A stretch of 64,000 nt of DNA from an uncultured Candidatus Saccharibacteria bacterium (GTDB lineage: Bacteria; Patescibacteriota; WWE3; 2-01-FULL-39-13), in the NCBI GenBank assembly GCA_964510925.1, contig CAZEDS010000004.1, positions 500 to 64,499 on the forward strand. Reading direction: 5' to 3'. Positions 18,592-29,398 of this stretch are shown one piece after another; position 1 is the first letter of the stretch, and every line of letters begins with the position of its first letter. A program made the position numbers and the translations under genes. The notes below the pieces were generated by a model that worked only from the letters and a program-made list of their open reading frames with translations, ran no database searches and was not told the origin of the DNA.

Positions 18592-19792
18592 ATTCGGATA
18601 TCTTGCCCTGTTGAACTAAGTTGTAGAATTTAAACATTCTTTCGGCGACTTCTTTCCATGAATTTTTTAAACCATATTCTTGGTTTCTTTTTTCCATATC
18701 TTTTATGAATGGTGTGTCTTTATTTTCTAAAACAAAATTTATTTTATTTGCCACTTCTTTGTAATCTTTTGTTTCAATGCAGTATCCATTAACTTGATCC
18801 TTAATCAAAAATGGAAGTGCAGTATTGTTTGCAACAATACAAACCAAACCTTGGCTTAGTCCTTCATGTACAACATTGCAAAAGCTTTCCCATAAGGCCA
18901 TATGAACCATCATTTGAGCCTGTTTCATTAAATAAAATTTTTCTGCACCTTTTATAACTCCTGTAAAAACTACTCGATCTTGTAATCTAAGTTCGATGAT
19001 TAGATCATCTAAAATTTTCTTGTATCCTGCATTTGTATTTAGCTCGATTGGTCCAACGATTAAATATTTAATATCTTTTGGTAGATCTACCATTGCTCTA
19101 ATTACTGTTTCATAATTTTTGATAGGGTAGACTCTGCCAACTTGAATTATGTATCGGCCATAATTTTTAACTTTTTCTTTGAAGTCATCACTCACGTGTT
19201 CCACTAAATTTAGGTAAGCTTCGTCTTCGATACCATTATCAATGACTGCAATTTTCTTTGGGTTTAAACCTTTTTTGATCATTTCAGTTTTTTCCCAATT
19301 TGATACCGCACGTACACCATCGACTACTAAATTTATTAAGAATGTTCCTAGTGTAAAATGATAAAAGCTTTTAATGGTTGCAACCCATTTAGGAAATACA
19401 GACCATTCAGGATTGAATCCTCCATGTGGAGTTAAAAATAATGAAAAATTCTTTTTTCCTTTCAATTTTAGCCAATAAACATAAATCATTAAATTAAAAT
19501 GAGGGAATACATTAAAATTGTGTAAGCATACAAAATCTGCGTTTTGCCAATCAAATTCTGGCCAAAACCCGAATTTTTTAAATTGGTATCTTTTTACTTT
19601 GATTCCTTTTATCAAATCTGTAGGTGGAAGCACATTTTTTTCAGTTAATGTATCTGTTGATGTGTGCATAGTTATGTCCCAGCCCATTTCAACGAGTTTT
19701 GAATATGTTTCAAGCATGTTTACTTCAATACCAGCGGTAACTGGGATGAAATATTTTTCTATGACGTGCACAATTTTTTTATTTTCGCTCAT
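18581..19792 (-). CDS. glycosyltransferase family 4 (GT-B)
   Basis: C-terminal ESFCNVVHEGLSQGLVCI is an E-x7-E-like motif. About 400 aa, typical for GT4. Confidence 0.7.
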   Translation of the reverse strand: MSENKKIVHVIEKYFIPVTAGIEVNMLETYSKLVEMGWDITMHTSTDTLTEKNVLPPTDLIKGIKVKRYQFKKFGFWPEFDWQNADFVCLHNFNVFPHFNLMIYVYWLKLKGKKNFSLFLTPHGGFNPEWSVFPKWVATIKSFYHFTLGTFLINLVVDGVRAVSNWEKTEMIKKGLNPKKIAVIDNGIEDEAYLNLVEHVSDDFKEKVKNYGRYIIQVGRVYPIKNYETVIRAMVDLPKDIKYLIVGPIELNTNAGYKKILDDLIIELRLQDRVVFTGVIKGAEKFYLMKQAQMMVHMALWESFCNVVHEGLSQGLVCIVANNTALPFLIKDQVNGYCIETKDYKEVANKINFVLENKDTPFIKDMEKRNQEYGLKNSWKEVAERMFKFYNLVQQGKISEYVK

Positions 19793-20511
19793 GATGATTT
19801 TATTGCCCTTGTTCCAATTATTACAGGAAAATACTGATCGTTATAGTCGAGCTCTTCTTTTGTTAAATCTTGAATTGCCATGCCAACCCAAAATGCCTGA
19901 CCAGATAGAACATTGCCGTATGATTTTACTAATAAGTTTTCTGGAGTAACGTGCTTACCAAAAGTATATTCAGATGAAGCGACTGTAAATCTCCAGCAAT
20001 GATTTTTTATGTTCCAAACTGGGCTTAAACATGGCATTGTTACTAGCAATGTTCCACCTGGTTTTAGGATTCTAAAACATTCTTTTACTGCTGCATGGAA
20101 ATCATCAATCATTACGTATGTTTGCGTAATAATTAAGCAGTCGTACGTATTGCTTTCGATCATGTCTAGGTTTCGCATATCTCCATAAATATTGGCTTCT
20201 TTGTTGTTTGTATCTATATCTAAAACGTCACTTTTTGTGACAAGATTCCCACCAAATTTTTCGGTATATTGGTTATCTGTTATTTCAAGACATACGCCTT
20301 TGATATATTCTTTGTTTTCTTCTAGAAACGCTTCAATATAATAGCGGTCGACAGGAGTTCCACGGTCAAATCCGTACATGATGCTTGCAGGTTTTAAGCT
20401 TCTTTCTGGCGCTTTAAACAAGAAATAATTAGATTTTGGTCTAATTGTTCTAACTATGTATCCACGGACTATTCTTAAAAAATTAAGAATTTTGTTTTTC
20501 ATTTTATTCAT
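19789..20511 (-). CDS. class I SAM-dependent methyltransferase
   Basis: ILKPGGTLLVTMP post-motif region and Rossmann-like layout. Overlaps its neighbours by 4 nt. Confidence 0.6.
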   Translation of the reverse strand: MNKMKNKILNFLRIVRGYIVRTIRPKSNYFLFKAPERSLKPASIMYGFDRGTPVDRYYIEAFLEENKEYIKGVCLEITDNQYTEKFGGNLVTKSDVLDIDTNNKEANIYGDMRNLDMIESNTYDCLIITQTYVMIDDFHAAVKECFRILKPGGTLLVTMPCLSPVWNIKNHCWRFTVASSEYTFGKHVTPENLLVKSYGNVLSGQAFWVGMAIQDLTKEELDYNDQYFPVIIGTRAIKSS

Positions 20512-21311
20512 AAAATTTTTTTAACTAAACCTCCTGCAAAACTTTTGACAAACCTTCTAAACTTTATGGAAGGTTCTAATATTGTTGTGGTAAATTCTCC
20601 AAAATCATGAGATTTATTGATTCCGATTCTTGGCAACAAGTATGGATTTGTATCTTTTGTAATTTCGTCATCATCCATTGAGATTGCAAATTCGTATCCT
20701 GCTTTTTTTACAGCATCAATTATTTCTGGAGTGTATCTTCCTCTTGGATATGAAAAAGCTCTAATTTTTGTATTGAAAGTTTTTTCTAAAATTTGTTTTG
20801 ACTCAAAAATTTCATTTTGTATATCTGCTTGAGTTAATTCCCAAAAATTTTTATGGGTTGAACTGTGTGATCCAATTTCCCAGCCATCTGCAATAAGTAA
20901 TTTAATTTCATCGTTAGTGAGAAACTCAAGTGAATTTTTTAATTGAGTTTTATCTGCGTTTGCATTATCTGCTATTAAAAATAGTATTGGCTTTATATTT
21001 TTTTCTTTTAAAAACTCTTTTATAGACAATATATCTTTGTATCCGTCATCAAATGTTAATAAGAATGAAGGGGTTTTAGGATTCACTGCCGTTCCATCTA
21101 ATATCTTTTTTATGCTATTTAAATTTAAAAGTTTATATTTGTAAAACAAAAAATTTATTTGTCTTTTGAAAACGTTAGCATCGATTGCATGATCCCAGTT
21201 GCTTTGAGATATTGAGTGATAACAAAGTATAAATGGTCCGATTTCTACAGGTCTCAACGTAGCAAGTGTCTTATATATTACTTTTCTTATTGTGTTAAAT
21301 AGTATGCTCAT
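20508..21311 (-). CDS. polysaccharide deacetylase (NodB homology domain)
   Basis: LTFDDGYKD canonical motif 1, plus a HSSTH region. Confidence 0.8.
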   Translation of the reverse strand: MSILFNTIRKVIYKTLATLRPVEIGPFILCYHSISQSNWDHAIDANVFKRQINFLFYKYKLLNLNSIKKILDGTAVNPKTPSFLLTFDDGYKDILSIKEFLKEKNIKPILFLIADNANADKTQLKNSLEFLTNDEIKLLIADGWEIGSHSSTHKNFWELTQADIQNEIFESKQILEKTFNTKIRAFSYPRGRYTPEIIDAVKKAGYEFAISMDDDEITKDTNPYLLPRIGINKSHDFGEFTTTILEPSIKFRRFVKSFAGGLVKKIL

Positions 21312-21312
21312 A

Positions 21313-22218
21313 TTATTTTCTAAGGTTTTTTGAACTAGTGACTATTTTCCAAGTATCTTTTTTTTCTGTTAAACCTAGCTTTGTTTTTATTACTATGTAA
21401 ATTGTTGTGATTGCATAAATGATTGCCATTAATGGCTTTTGTAAAAAAAGTTTTAGACCTTCTGAAGCAAATTCTTGTTTCGGAATTTTGAAATGCTGGT
21501 CAATGAATTCTCTATCAAATTGATTTGCTAATTTTTTGTTTACAGCAAAAAAACGCGAACTTTGTTTTATATGATCTGCCGGATTATCAGGTAGCTTAAT
21601 AAATACTTCTGCCTCATTTACATATTCATAATTAAAACCATTTTTTATACAAGTTAAATAGGAGTAGGCGTCTTCTGCAATACTTCCTTTGAACTCAAAT
21701 TGTTCATAAAACCTTTTTGAGAATGCTCTGTGTGATCCATGGCATGTGAAAATATTTTTTCCAGAATTGAATTTTGCAAAAGCATTTCTTCGTAGTTCTG
21801 ATCCAAAACATATTATTTTTTCGAAAAAGGTAGTTGGTTCAATCTCAAAAAGAGGACCGCAAACTAAATCTGCGCCATTATTTATGGCCTTTGCCATAGC
21901 ATTGATGACATTTTTATCTTTAATTTGTATATCTGCATTTAATAGAATCAAAATATCGCTACTACATTTTTTAATAATTTGGTTTTGTCTTGCACCTTGT
22001 CCTTCTCTAATTTGATTTTTTATTAGGACTACTTTTTCGTTGTTAAAATTTGTGACAATTTCGTCTGTTTTATCCTCACTTGCATCAGAAGATACTAATA
22101 TTTGATCTAACTCAAAGTCTATTTGATTTTGCTCGAGCAAATCGGCAATTAGATATCCGATATTGGCTTCTTCGTTATATGCTGGTATTCCAATTGTGAC
22201 TGTCGGTTTAGAGGTCAT
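21313..22218 (-). CDS. glycosyltransferase family 2
   Basis: TIGIPAYNEE ... SSDASEDKT ... and an N-terminal GT-A fold pattern. Confidence 0.8.
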   Translation of the reverse strand: MTSKPTVTIGIPAYNEEANIGYLIADLLEQNQIDFELDQILVSSDASEDKTDEIVTNFNNEKVVLIKNQIREGQGARQNQIIKKCSSDILILLNADIQIKDKNVINAMAKAINNGADLVCGPLFEIEPTTFFEKIICFGSELRRNAFAKFNSGKNIFTCHGSHRAFSKRFYEQFEFKGSIAEDAYSYLTCIKNGFNYEYVNEAEVFIKLPDNPADHIKQSSRFFAVNKKLANQFDREFIDQHFKIPKQEFASEGLKLFLQKPLMAIIYAITTIYIVIKTKLGLTEKKDTWKIVTSSKNLRK

Positions 22219-23122
22219 TTACGATTTGCTTTTTTGTTGAATTAACTAATGTCCAATTTGCTATAGCGGTCTTTTTAGATTCTTTATAAAAATATTTTGC
22301 GTAAAAGTTTAGTATGAAAATTACAGTACAGTGTAGAGGCCATCTTAAAAATGCTTGTAATTTATATTTGTACAACATTGATTTTGGAATTACATATTCT
22401 GGTAATATCCAATCACCAAAATAGCTAATCAAAGCTTTATCTTCTCTTTGGTATCGACTAATTTGCTTAATATAATCATTGCTTGTTGCTGGAAGTGTAA
22501 AAAGTGTGCCAGCTGATTTTGCCGATACGAATTTGCCACCGTCTCGTAGGCATATAAAATAATGGAATCCGATATCTGCCCAGACTGTTTCTGGGAACGG
22601 ATTCTTTTTGGCAAATTCATTTTTTAATGCATAAAGTTGTCCGTGGCAAGAGTAAACGCTGTTTCCATTTTTCAAATTTAGACGAACTTTGTCCCAAACT
22701 GATCTGCTAACATATACTGCTTGTTCAATAAAATTTTGTGGTTTTACTACTTTGGGTCCACCCGATGTATATACGACTTCTGAATTTTCGATGAATGGTT
22801 TTATTAAATTATCGAATGTATCATAGGTTGCAGGGATGACATCTGCGTCAACTAGGGCAACAATGTCTCCTTTGGCTATCTCAAATATTTCGTTAATTCG
22901 TTTAATTTTTCCTTTGCGATCAGTGCTATCAATTACTTTTATTTTAGGATCTTCGACCTCACTTGCTTTTTTGACTGTAGCATCTGAACTTCCATCTGAC
23001 ATTACAATTATTTCTAATAGTTCAAAATTAGTTTGCTGCTGCCTTAGTAATCTGTTTAGTAAGTTTTTAATATTTGCTTCTTCGTTATAAGCTGGGACGC
23101 CGATTGTAAGTGTAGGTTTCAT
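22208..23122 (-). CDS. glycosyltransferase family 2 (tandem paralog of the previous gene)
   Basis: TIGVPAYNEEANI ... MSDGSSDAT. N-terminus near-identical in pattern to the neighbouring GT2. Confidence 0.8.
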   Translation of the reverse strand: MKPTLTIGVPAYNEEANIKNLLNRLLRQQQTNFELLEIIVMSDGSSDATVKKASEVEDPKIKVIDSTDRKGKIKRINEIFEIAKGDIVALVDADVIPATYDTFDNLIKPFIENSEVVYTSGGPKVVKPQNFIEQAVYVSRSVWDKVRLNLKNGNSVYSCHGQLYALKNEFAKKNPFPETVWADIGFHYFICLRDGGKFVSAKSAGTLFTLPATSNDYIKQISRYQREDKALISYFGDWILPEYVIPKSMLYKYKLQAFLRWPLHCTVIFILNFYAKYFYKESKKTAIANWTLVNSTKKQIVNDL

Positions 23123-23126
23123 ATAA

Positions 23127-26100
23127 TTATTTTTGTTGTGTTGACGTTTCTGTTTTGTTAAATAATAAACTTGTAAAATTTGCTAAGTAATTTTTGTTTT
23201 TAATATTTTTTGCGATCTCGAGTTCTAAAATAGGTATTAATTTTAAAGCAGAGCCGTCCCATGTAAAATTTTTAGACCAAGCTAATGAATTATTTTGTAG
23301 GTTGGTTAAAAGTTCTGGATCTTCGATTATTTGTTTAATTCTTTTTGTAAAATCATTGACGCTTCCATATTTGACTAAGTATCCACTGTATTCGTGTTTA
23401 ACTGAATCTTTTAAACCTGGTACATTTGATGCAAGTACTGGCGTTCCACAAGAGTTTGCTTCAATTACTGAAATTCCCCAACCTTCCCAAATTGAAGGAT
23501 ATACAAAAATCCAAGCAGCTGACATGAGTTGGATTTTTTCTTCTTCTGTGACTTTGCCCAAAAATTTTATATGTTTTTCTAATTTTAATTTTTCAACAAT
23601 TTTTTGTAAGTGTGGGGTGTGGTCACCGAATCCAGCAATATTTAATTCAATGTTTGGAATTTCTTTTTTTAGTTTATCAATTGCATGAATTACTACTTCG
23701 ATAGATTTGTAAGATTTGATTCTGCCGAGATATAAAAGTGAAGGATGCTCAGTTTTTTTGCTTGTATAAAATTTAGATGATTCTGCACCAGGGTGAATAA
23801 TTTCAATTGCCTGATTTTTGCCTAGTCCAATTTTTATCATATCTTTTTTTGTCGAATCTGAAACAGTTATCATCTTGCAATTTTTATATACGATTGGCAT
23901 TATGTTAGATTCTAAAAACCTAGCAATATATGCAATTGGTTTTAAATGCAATGCAAGATCTAGCTCTTTTAAAATTATTTCTCGATGTACGTGGTGTACA
24001 AGACCGATAACAGGAGCGTCTGCATAAATAGGGGAGAAAAATGGGATTCCATTTTCTGAATCTATAACGACATCAAATTTTCCTCTGAATCTAAAAATGT
24101 AATAGATAAATGACCAAATATATACGGTGAATTGGCCACCTCTTCTTATTATGTAAATACCATCAATGGTTTCTCTACGTTTTGATTTTTGGTCATTTCC
24201 GCAGAATATAACGATAGACATTCCTTGTTTTTTTAAGCTTTTTGCAATTTCATGAACATAGGCTTCAGCACCACCTGCCCAAGTGTGTTTGGTATCTCTC
24301 CAGTTTAATATTAAAACACGCTTATTTTTATTTTCGATATGATCACTTGGAAGTTCTGAAAATAAATCTATAAAATCTTTTATATTGAGCCAAATTGTAA
24401 GAATATTTTTTTCATAATAATGAACTACAAAGGTCACCCCTAGGTTCAAAATTGAAAGAATAAAAATAGTATTAATAAAAGTTTGTAAGTTTGTTCCAAA
24501 TATAGAAAGAGCAGTAATCTGTGCCATTGCTATTACAAAGCTGATTATTGGGGTAATATAGTTTTTTCTGATTTGGTGGAATCCAATCACACAGCTTGAA
24601 AGTGTGAAGAATAATATTGCTAATGCATACTCTGGTAACAAGTAAGTTACAGGTACTATTTTTTGGCCTAATAAAATTGGAGCTGTTATATTTCCAAAAT
24701 ATCCAAAGAATAAATATGAAAAAAATCCGATGATTGCTGTAAACCCAAAAATCCAATAAAAACGTTGGCTGCTGTCTGCTTGTTCACCTTCACTCTTGCT
24801 TATAAATGGAACTAAAAACTGTCCAGCCAGTGAGCTTAAAAAGAATATCATTTTGCCTACTAGTGAAATCAACGCATAATATCCTGCATCGCTAGGTGAT
24901 AAATAATGTTTAGCCAAAATAATATCAATGCTAATAAATGCGATAACTGAAAATCTATAGATTACACCGCTTAAAAAAAATTCAGTAGGGAACTTTAATA
25001 TAATGTTAGAATTTTCAATTTGTTTATCTGTTTTGATTCTGCAAGCAAATACGTATCCGATTATTAGGGCCACAATCATTGATAATGGAATTGCATAATA
25101 CACAGAATCTTTTGATATATATGTATTGAGCAAATAAGTTAGAGCTAGTTTTGCAATTGGTTCCGATACAATTACAATGCTCAACAATTTGAATTTGTGT
25201 ACTCCATTAATATATCCATAATCGATTGATGAAAGTGCACCTATAATCCAAATCGGAGCAAATATAATAAATGGTATTACTGAACTTTCATTGAAAAAAC
25301 TTATTATAAATGGAGTTGCGATTAACCATGCGATGGCAAAAATTGTTGAGATTCCAAAAAATTTCTTTCGAGCATATCTCCAGAATCTGCCTATGATTTG
25401 GTCGAATTTCCCAAGAGAATATCCACTTTCGTATGCAACAGTTAACGATAATGAGCTAAAAAATAATGACGCAACAAATAAAAAGTTATTGAATAAACTT
25501 ATTAATCCAAAATCTTCGATGGTAAGGACTCTGCTCAGGTATGCGTTGCAAAGATAATTTAATGCATTACTAGCAAGTAATGCGATTATTAAAATAAATT
25601 CGCCATTTTTGTTGAGCTTATTAATCGCAAGAGCTAAGACTTTTATTTTTTTTTCTTCTTTTGGATTTGTTGTTACTGTTAGTTTTTCAGGTTCAATATT
25701 TGTAGCATTTTTTGGTTTATCTTTATTATTTTTTTTGAATAATGAAAATCTTTTTTTTTGGATAAGGTGAAGGCCGTGATTTGTTTTTTCCCAGTGATGC
25801 GGATTAAATATTAGCTGATAAAAGGCCATTACGGCGGCAAAAAACATTAATATCCAATAGAAAGGCACGAGAAAAACAAATTTCATTAATCCCCAATGAC
25901 CTCTTTTTGCACAGCCGATCATATAGTTATAAAGATAAATGAAATTACCAAATATCAATGAAATTGCGGCCATATAAAAAACTACAGTTGGGAACAGCGA
26001 TTCAATAAAAGGTGCAAGTTGGTTATAAAATACAAAATATGAAATTGTTGTTAGCCATAAAAATGGGTTGATTAAAATAAAGCTAATTCTGAGTCCAATT

Positions 26101-27902
26101 ATTAATTGAAATACAAAAGCATGTTTCCCATGTGCTTTAAAAAATTTAGCAGGGTTTCTCATGTGCACCAGATATGTTTGCATGTATCCTTTAATCCATC
26201 TTGATCGCTGTCTGATCCAATTTCGTGTGTTACTGTTTGCTTCTTCTAAAGTAGTTGAATCAATAATTGCGGTTGTGTAACCTAGTTTGAAAAGTCTAGA
26301 ACCAAGATCGCAGTCCTCAGTTACATTGAATGGATCCCAACCTTGTAATTCACGCAATTTTTTTGTTATGAAATGGTTGCTTGTTCCACCTAAAGGAATG
26401 ATCGTATTAATTGATTGGAGCCCAGGCAAAATAACATCAAACCAGAGTGAATATTCTGCAGTAAAAAAGCGTGTTAATAAATTGTGATTAGCGTTAAAGT
26501 AGTTTAATTTTGCTTGTACGCAAACTGTTTTTTCTCCAAGTTTGGTAAAGGCAAGATAGGCTTTTTTAAGTTGGTCTGGATCTGGTTTGTCTTCTGCATC
26601 ATAAATAACCACATATTCTCCATTTGCCCTTAAAAGTCCGTAATTACATGCTTTTGGCTTGGTCTTTGGCATTGAATGCGGTACAACCATTACTTTGAAA
26701 TACGAAGGTAATGTAATAGATTTTGCTGTTTCTATCGTTTCTAGATCATTAGCTTCTAATAGCAAAAGAACCTCAAGTTTATCTTTCGGCCAATTTAATG
26801 CCTCAATATGCTCCGCAAAAAAAGGCAAAACTTCTGATTCTTTGTAAAGTGGGCATAATACTGTATAAAGTGGCAAGGTTTTGTCATCTATTGCTGCGAT
26901 TTCATCCTTTTCAAACGTGAATTCTGGTGGGAAATGAAGACTTTTTAAAATCACATAAACATTAAAAAGCACATCTAAGAAGTAGATCGTGCTTAATATT
27001 GCAATGAAAATTAATGCGCATAAAAATGGATTGTAAATTATTGCTGCGATTAAGCCTATTCCAATTAATCCAAATGCTATTTTTTGAGATCTAACAAATG
27101 TATAAATTGCGGATTCTTTATGTGGAAGATGAGAGTGAGTTAAATATGCTTTTTTCTTATAAATGATACCTTTTTCAAAAGTATTCGGTTCATCAAGTTC
27201 GTATATTTTTTTAGGAGATAGTTTAACTTTTAACGCACACATTATAATTGCGTATGAAGTTTTTATTATCCCTACCTTTGAAGCACCATGCTTTCTGTCA
27301 CTGAATGTTATCGTTACCGAATCAAAGGTATAACCAAGTTCTCGTGCGGCTTCAAGCAAAGGAATGTCAAAAGTCCAAGGCGTAACGAGTTTTCTGTTAA
27401 TGTGGTTAATAATTTCTTTGCGAAAAATTTTTAGGCCAGATTGAATATCTACGTCCATACCTAAGAGCATTTTTCCAACTATAAAAGCGTTAACTTTTGA
27501 TAAAACGGCTCTTTCTCTAGAGAGGTTTTGAGTTTTGCGTTGTGCAATTACAACTCCAGTTTTAGCGTTTTCTTGGAGCTTTTTTACCATCTCTGGCAAA
27601 TGTTTAGGATGATATTGCAAATCGCCGTCAATAAATGCCACAAAATCAGCTGTTACTAGGTCTAGACCTTCTAAAATTGAATAACCTTTTCCGCCTTTTC
27701 CTTGCTTTTCATGAAGTATTACTGGATGGCTATCTTGCATTTTTTTAATATTTTCGATAGTTTTATCAGTGGATTGATCTACGATGAAGATTATTCTATA
27801 TTCTATGTTAGAGGGGGCGAGTGCCTGCTCAATGCTCAATACCATGTCTTTGATATTTTTTTCTTCGTTTTTTACGGGGACAATAATATCGATGACCGAC
27901 AT
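23127..27902 (-). CDS. 1591-aa multidomain fusion: GT2 (DPM1-like), processive GT2 (QxxRW), Wzx-like polysaccharide flippase, and GT4
   Basis: Domain 1: IIVPVKNEEKNI...FIDGDLQYHP. Domain 2: VLCPLYKESEV...VIYDAEDKPD...QRSRWIKG. Middle: about 12 TM segments resembling a Wzx N-terminus (NALNYLCNAYLSRVL). C-terminus: RVLILNWRD...EGWGISVIEANSCGTPVLASN (E-x7-E). Start moved to Met14 (27902). Confidence 0.75.
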   Translation of the reverse strand: MSVIDIIVPVKNEEKNIKDMVLSIEQALAPSNIEYRIIFIVDQSTDKTIENIKKMQDSHPVILHEKQGKGGKGYSILEGLDLVTADFVAFIDGDLQYHPKHLPEMVKKLQENAKTGVVIAQRKTQNLSRERAVLSKVNAFIVGKMLLGMDVDIQSGLKIFRKEIINHINRKLVTPWTFDIPLLEAARELGYTFDSVTITFSDRKHGASKVGIIKTSYAIIMCALKVKLSPKKIYELDEPNTFEKGIIYKKKAYLTHSHLPHKESAIYTFVRSQKIAFGLIGIGLIAAIIYNPFLCALIFIAILSTIYFLDVLFNVYVILKSLHFPPEFTFEKDEIAAIDDKTLPLYTVLCPLYKESEVLPFFAEHIEALNWPKDKLEVLLLLEANDLETIETAKSITLPSYFKVMVVPHSMPKTKPKACNYGLLRANGEYVVIYDAEDKPDPDQLKKAYLAFTKLGEKTVCVQAKLNYFNANHNLLTRFFTAEYSLWFDVILPGLQSINTIIPLGGTSNHFITKKLRELQGWDPFNVTEDCDLGSRLFKLGYTTAIIDSTTLEEANSNTRNWIRQRSRWIKGYMQTYLVHMRNPAKFFKAHGKHAFVFQLIIGLRISFILINPFLWLTTISYFVFYNQLAPFIESLFPTVVFYMAAISLIFGNFIYLYNYMIGCAKRGHWGLMKFVFLVPFYWILMFFAAVMAFYQLIFNPHHWEKTNHGLHLIQKKRFSLFKKNNKDKPKNATNIEPEKLTVTTNPKEEKKIKVLALAINKLNKNGEFILIIALLASNALNYLCNAYLSRVLTIEDFGLISLFNNFLFVASLFFSSLSLTVAYESGYSLGKFDQIIGRFWRYARKKFFGISTIFAIAWLIATPFIISFFNESSVIPFIIFAPIWIIGALSSIDYGYINGVHKFKLLSIVIVSEPIAKLALTYLLNTYISKDSVYYAIPLSMIVALIIGYVFACRIKTDKQIENSNIILKFPTEFFLSGVIYRFSVIAFISIDIILAKHYLSPSDAGYYALISLVGKMIFFLSSLAGQFLVPFISKSEGEQADSSQRFYWIFGFTAIIGFFSYLFFGYFGNITAPILLGQKIVPVTYLLPEYALAILFFTLSSCVIGFHQIRKNYITPIISFVIAMAQITALSIFGTNLQTFINTIFILSILNLGVTFVVHYYEKNILTIWLNIKDFIDLFSELPSDHIENKNKRVLILNWRDTKHTWAGGAEAYVHEIAKSLKKQGMSIVIFCGNDQKSKRRETIDGIYIIRRGGQFTVYIWSFIYYIFRFRGKFDVVIDSENGIPFFSPIYADAPVIGLVHHVHREIILKELDLALHLKPIAYIARFLESNIMPIVYKNCKMITVSDSTKKDMIKIGLGKNQAIEIIHPGAESSKFYTSKKTEHPSLLYLGRIKSYKSIEVVIHAIDKLKKEIPNIELNIAGFGDHTPHLQKIVEKLKLEKHIKFLGKVTEEEKIQLMSAAWIFVYPSIWEGWGISVIEANSCGTPVLASNVPGLKDSVKHEYSGYLVKYGSVNDFTKRIKQIIEDPELLTNLQNNSLAWSKNFTWDGSALKLIPILELEIAKNIKNKNYLANFTSLLFNKTETSTQQK

Positions 27903-27979
27903 AGTAATAAAATTAACACTAAACACCCAAGCCCAGGGCACTGGCTATAGGTTTAGATTATACAGGAAAATTCTGTTAG

Positions 27980-28567
27980 ATGGGTAGTGGCAAATTCTCT
28001 AAATTAGGCCTTTTAGAAGAGAGTATAATCAACGGTATGCTTCTTTCAGTAAACGATGTCCCACAAATAGTAAAACTTCTTAAAGCCGGTGAGATTGTAG
28101 TGATGCCGACAGACACAATATACGGGATTCACTGTCTACCTCATTATCAAGATTTAATTGATAAAATCTGTGAAATTAAGAAACGTGCTAAAGATATGCC
28201 TTTAATAACACTTATAAGTAATTGGGCTGAAATCATAAATTTTGATGTAAAGCTTGATGATTTTGAGCAAGACCAAATTAGAAACTATTGGCCTGGTCCA
28301 AACACACTAATTTTTAAGACGAATCATGGTACAACAAAGAGTTTTCGGTTGCCTGAGAGTGAGTTTTTGATATCAGTATTGAAAAAAACTGGACCACTTG
28401 TCTCTACTAGCGCTAATTTGCATGGGTTTCCTACAGCAAAAAGTATAGCTGAAGCTGAGCAGATTTTTGGCGATTCCATAAAATATTATGTAGATGGGGG
28501 TTTTTTGAATAATCCTCCTTCATCTATTTATAGGTTCGAGAATGATCAAATTGCAAAGTTAAGATAA
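27980..28567 (+). CDS. tsaC: L-threonylcarbamoyladenylate synthase (YrdC/TsaC family)
   Basis: VVMPTDTIYGIHC and PLVSTSANLHG YrdC signatures. 195 aa. Confidence 0.8.
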   Translation: MGSGKFSKLGLLEESIINGMLLSVNDVPQIVKLLKAGEIVVMPTDTIYGIHCLPHYQDLIDKICEIKKRAKDMPLITLISNWAEIINFDVKLDDFEQDQIRNYWPGPNTLIFKTNHGTTKSFRLPESEFLISVLKKTGPLVSTSANLHGFPTAKSIAEAEQIFGDSIKYYVDGGFLNNPPSSIYRFENDQIAKLR

Positions 28568-28630
28568 TCAATCATTTTGTAGAATATTTGCCGGATTATC
28601 GGTATAATCACATAACCTCCCAAAATAAAT

Positions 28631-29398
28631 ATGCATAACAATATAGAAGATATGTTTGGTCTGGATTTTGATCCTTTGCCAGGAGCAGTGATTCTTCACG
28701 AATCTGTAGCTGCTTACGATTTAGCGCCACCGAAGATTAGGATTATTGACAGTACTGTTGATAATATAGGCTTTTCATTTAAACAACCAAATGGGCAGAC
28801 TCGAATTGAGTTTGTTATTTCTGAATCAAAATTAATGGAACCTACAGCTAAAGATGAGTTTGATATCTGGAAATATACCTCATCTGCAGCACTGGTCGCT
28901 AGACATGGATACGCTTTTGCACCTGCAATAGCATTTGAGAATCCTGATCATCAACAATTTGCGGTTTCTTTGATCCATCATTCTCTTAATTCAATAATTT
29001 TAGAGTCAATGTTTAAGAAACATCCTGATGGTCAGGCCCTTTTTGATAAATGCACTAAGATTTTTTTTAAAGAAATTAACAGCAAAGGTAAAACACAAAA
29101 TCCACTTGTGAATATTTTGCAACGAAATCAATCAATTCGTGCATATTCACGTACAAACAAAGGTAGTAAATATGTTATAAAAGACTTGTTGCAACAGGAT
29201 TTATTGTTGAGTCAATCATATTATTTACAGCGTGTGAATGCACACCTTGTGTCAGATCCATTTAATAACATCAGTCTTAATACTTTAACTGATATGGTAG
29301 CTGATACTCTTAATATTTTAGTTTTTTATAGAGAGTTGCAAAGAGACCATAGTTTAAAGAATTTAAGAGTTGAACAGGGGCTTTATTGGATGGATTAG
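28631..29398 (+). CDS. hypothetical protein
   Basis: ORF with good coding look but no recognisable motif. Overlaps the convergent NYN gene by 4 nt. Confidence 0.4.
   Translation: MHNNIEDMFGLDFDPLPGAVILHESVAAYDLAPPKIRIIDSTVDNIGFSFKQPNGQTRIEFVISESKLMEPTAKDEFDIWKYTSSAALVARHGYAFAPAIAFENPDHQQFAVSLIHHSLNSIILESMFKKHPDGQALFDKCTKIFFKEINSKGKTQNPLVNILQRNQSIRAYSRTNKGSKYVIKDLLQQDLLLSQSYYLQRVNAHLVSDPFNNISLNTLTDMVADTLNILVFYRELQRDHSLKNLRVEQGLYWMD

Noticed and set aside
23194-27987. multiple 60-160-aa plus-strand ORFs inside the 1591-aa glycosyltransferase gene
   Set aside because: All are antisense to a continuous, motif-rich coding frame.
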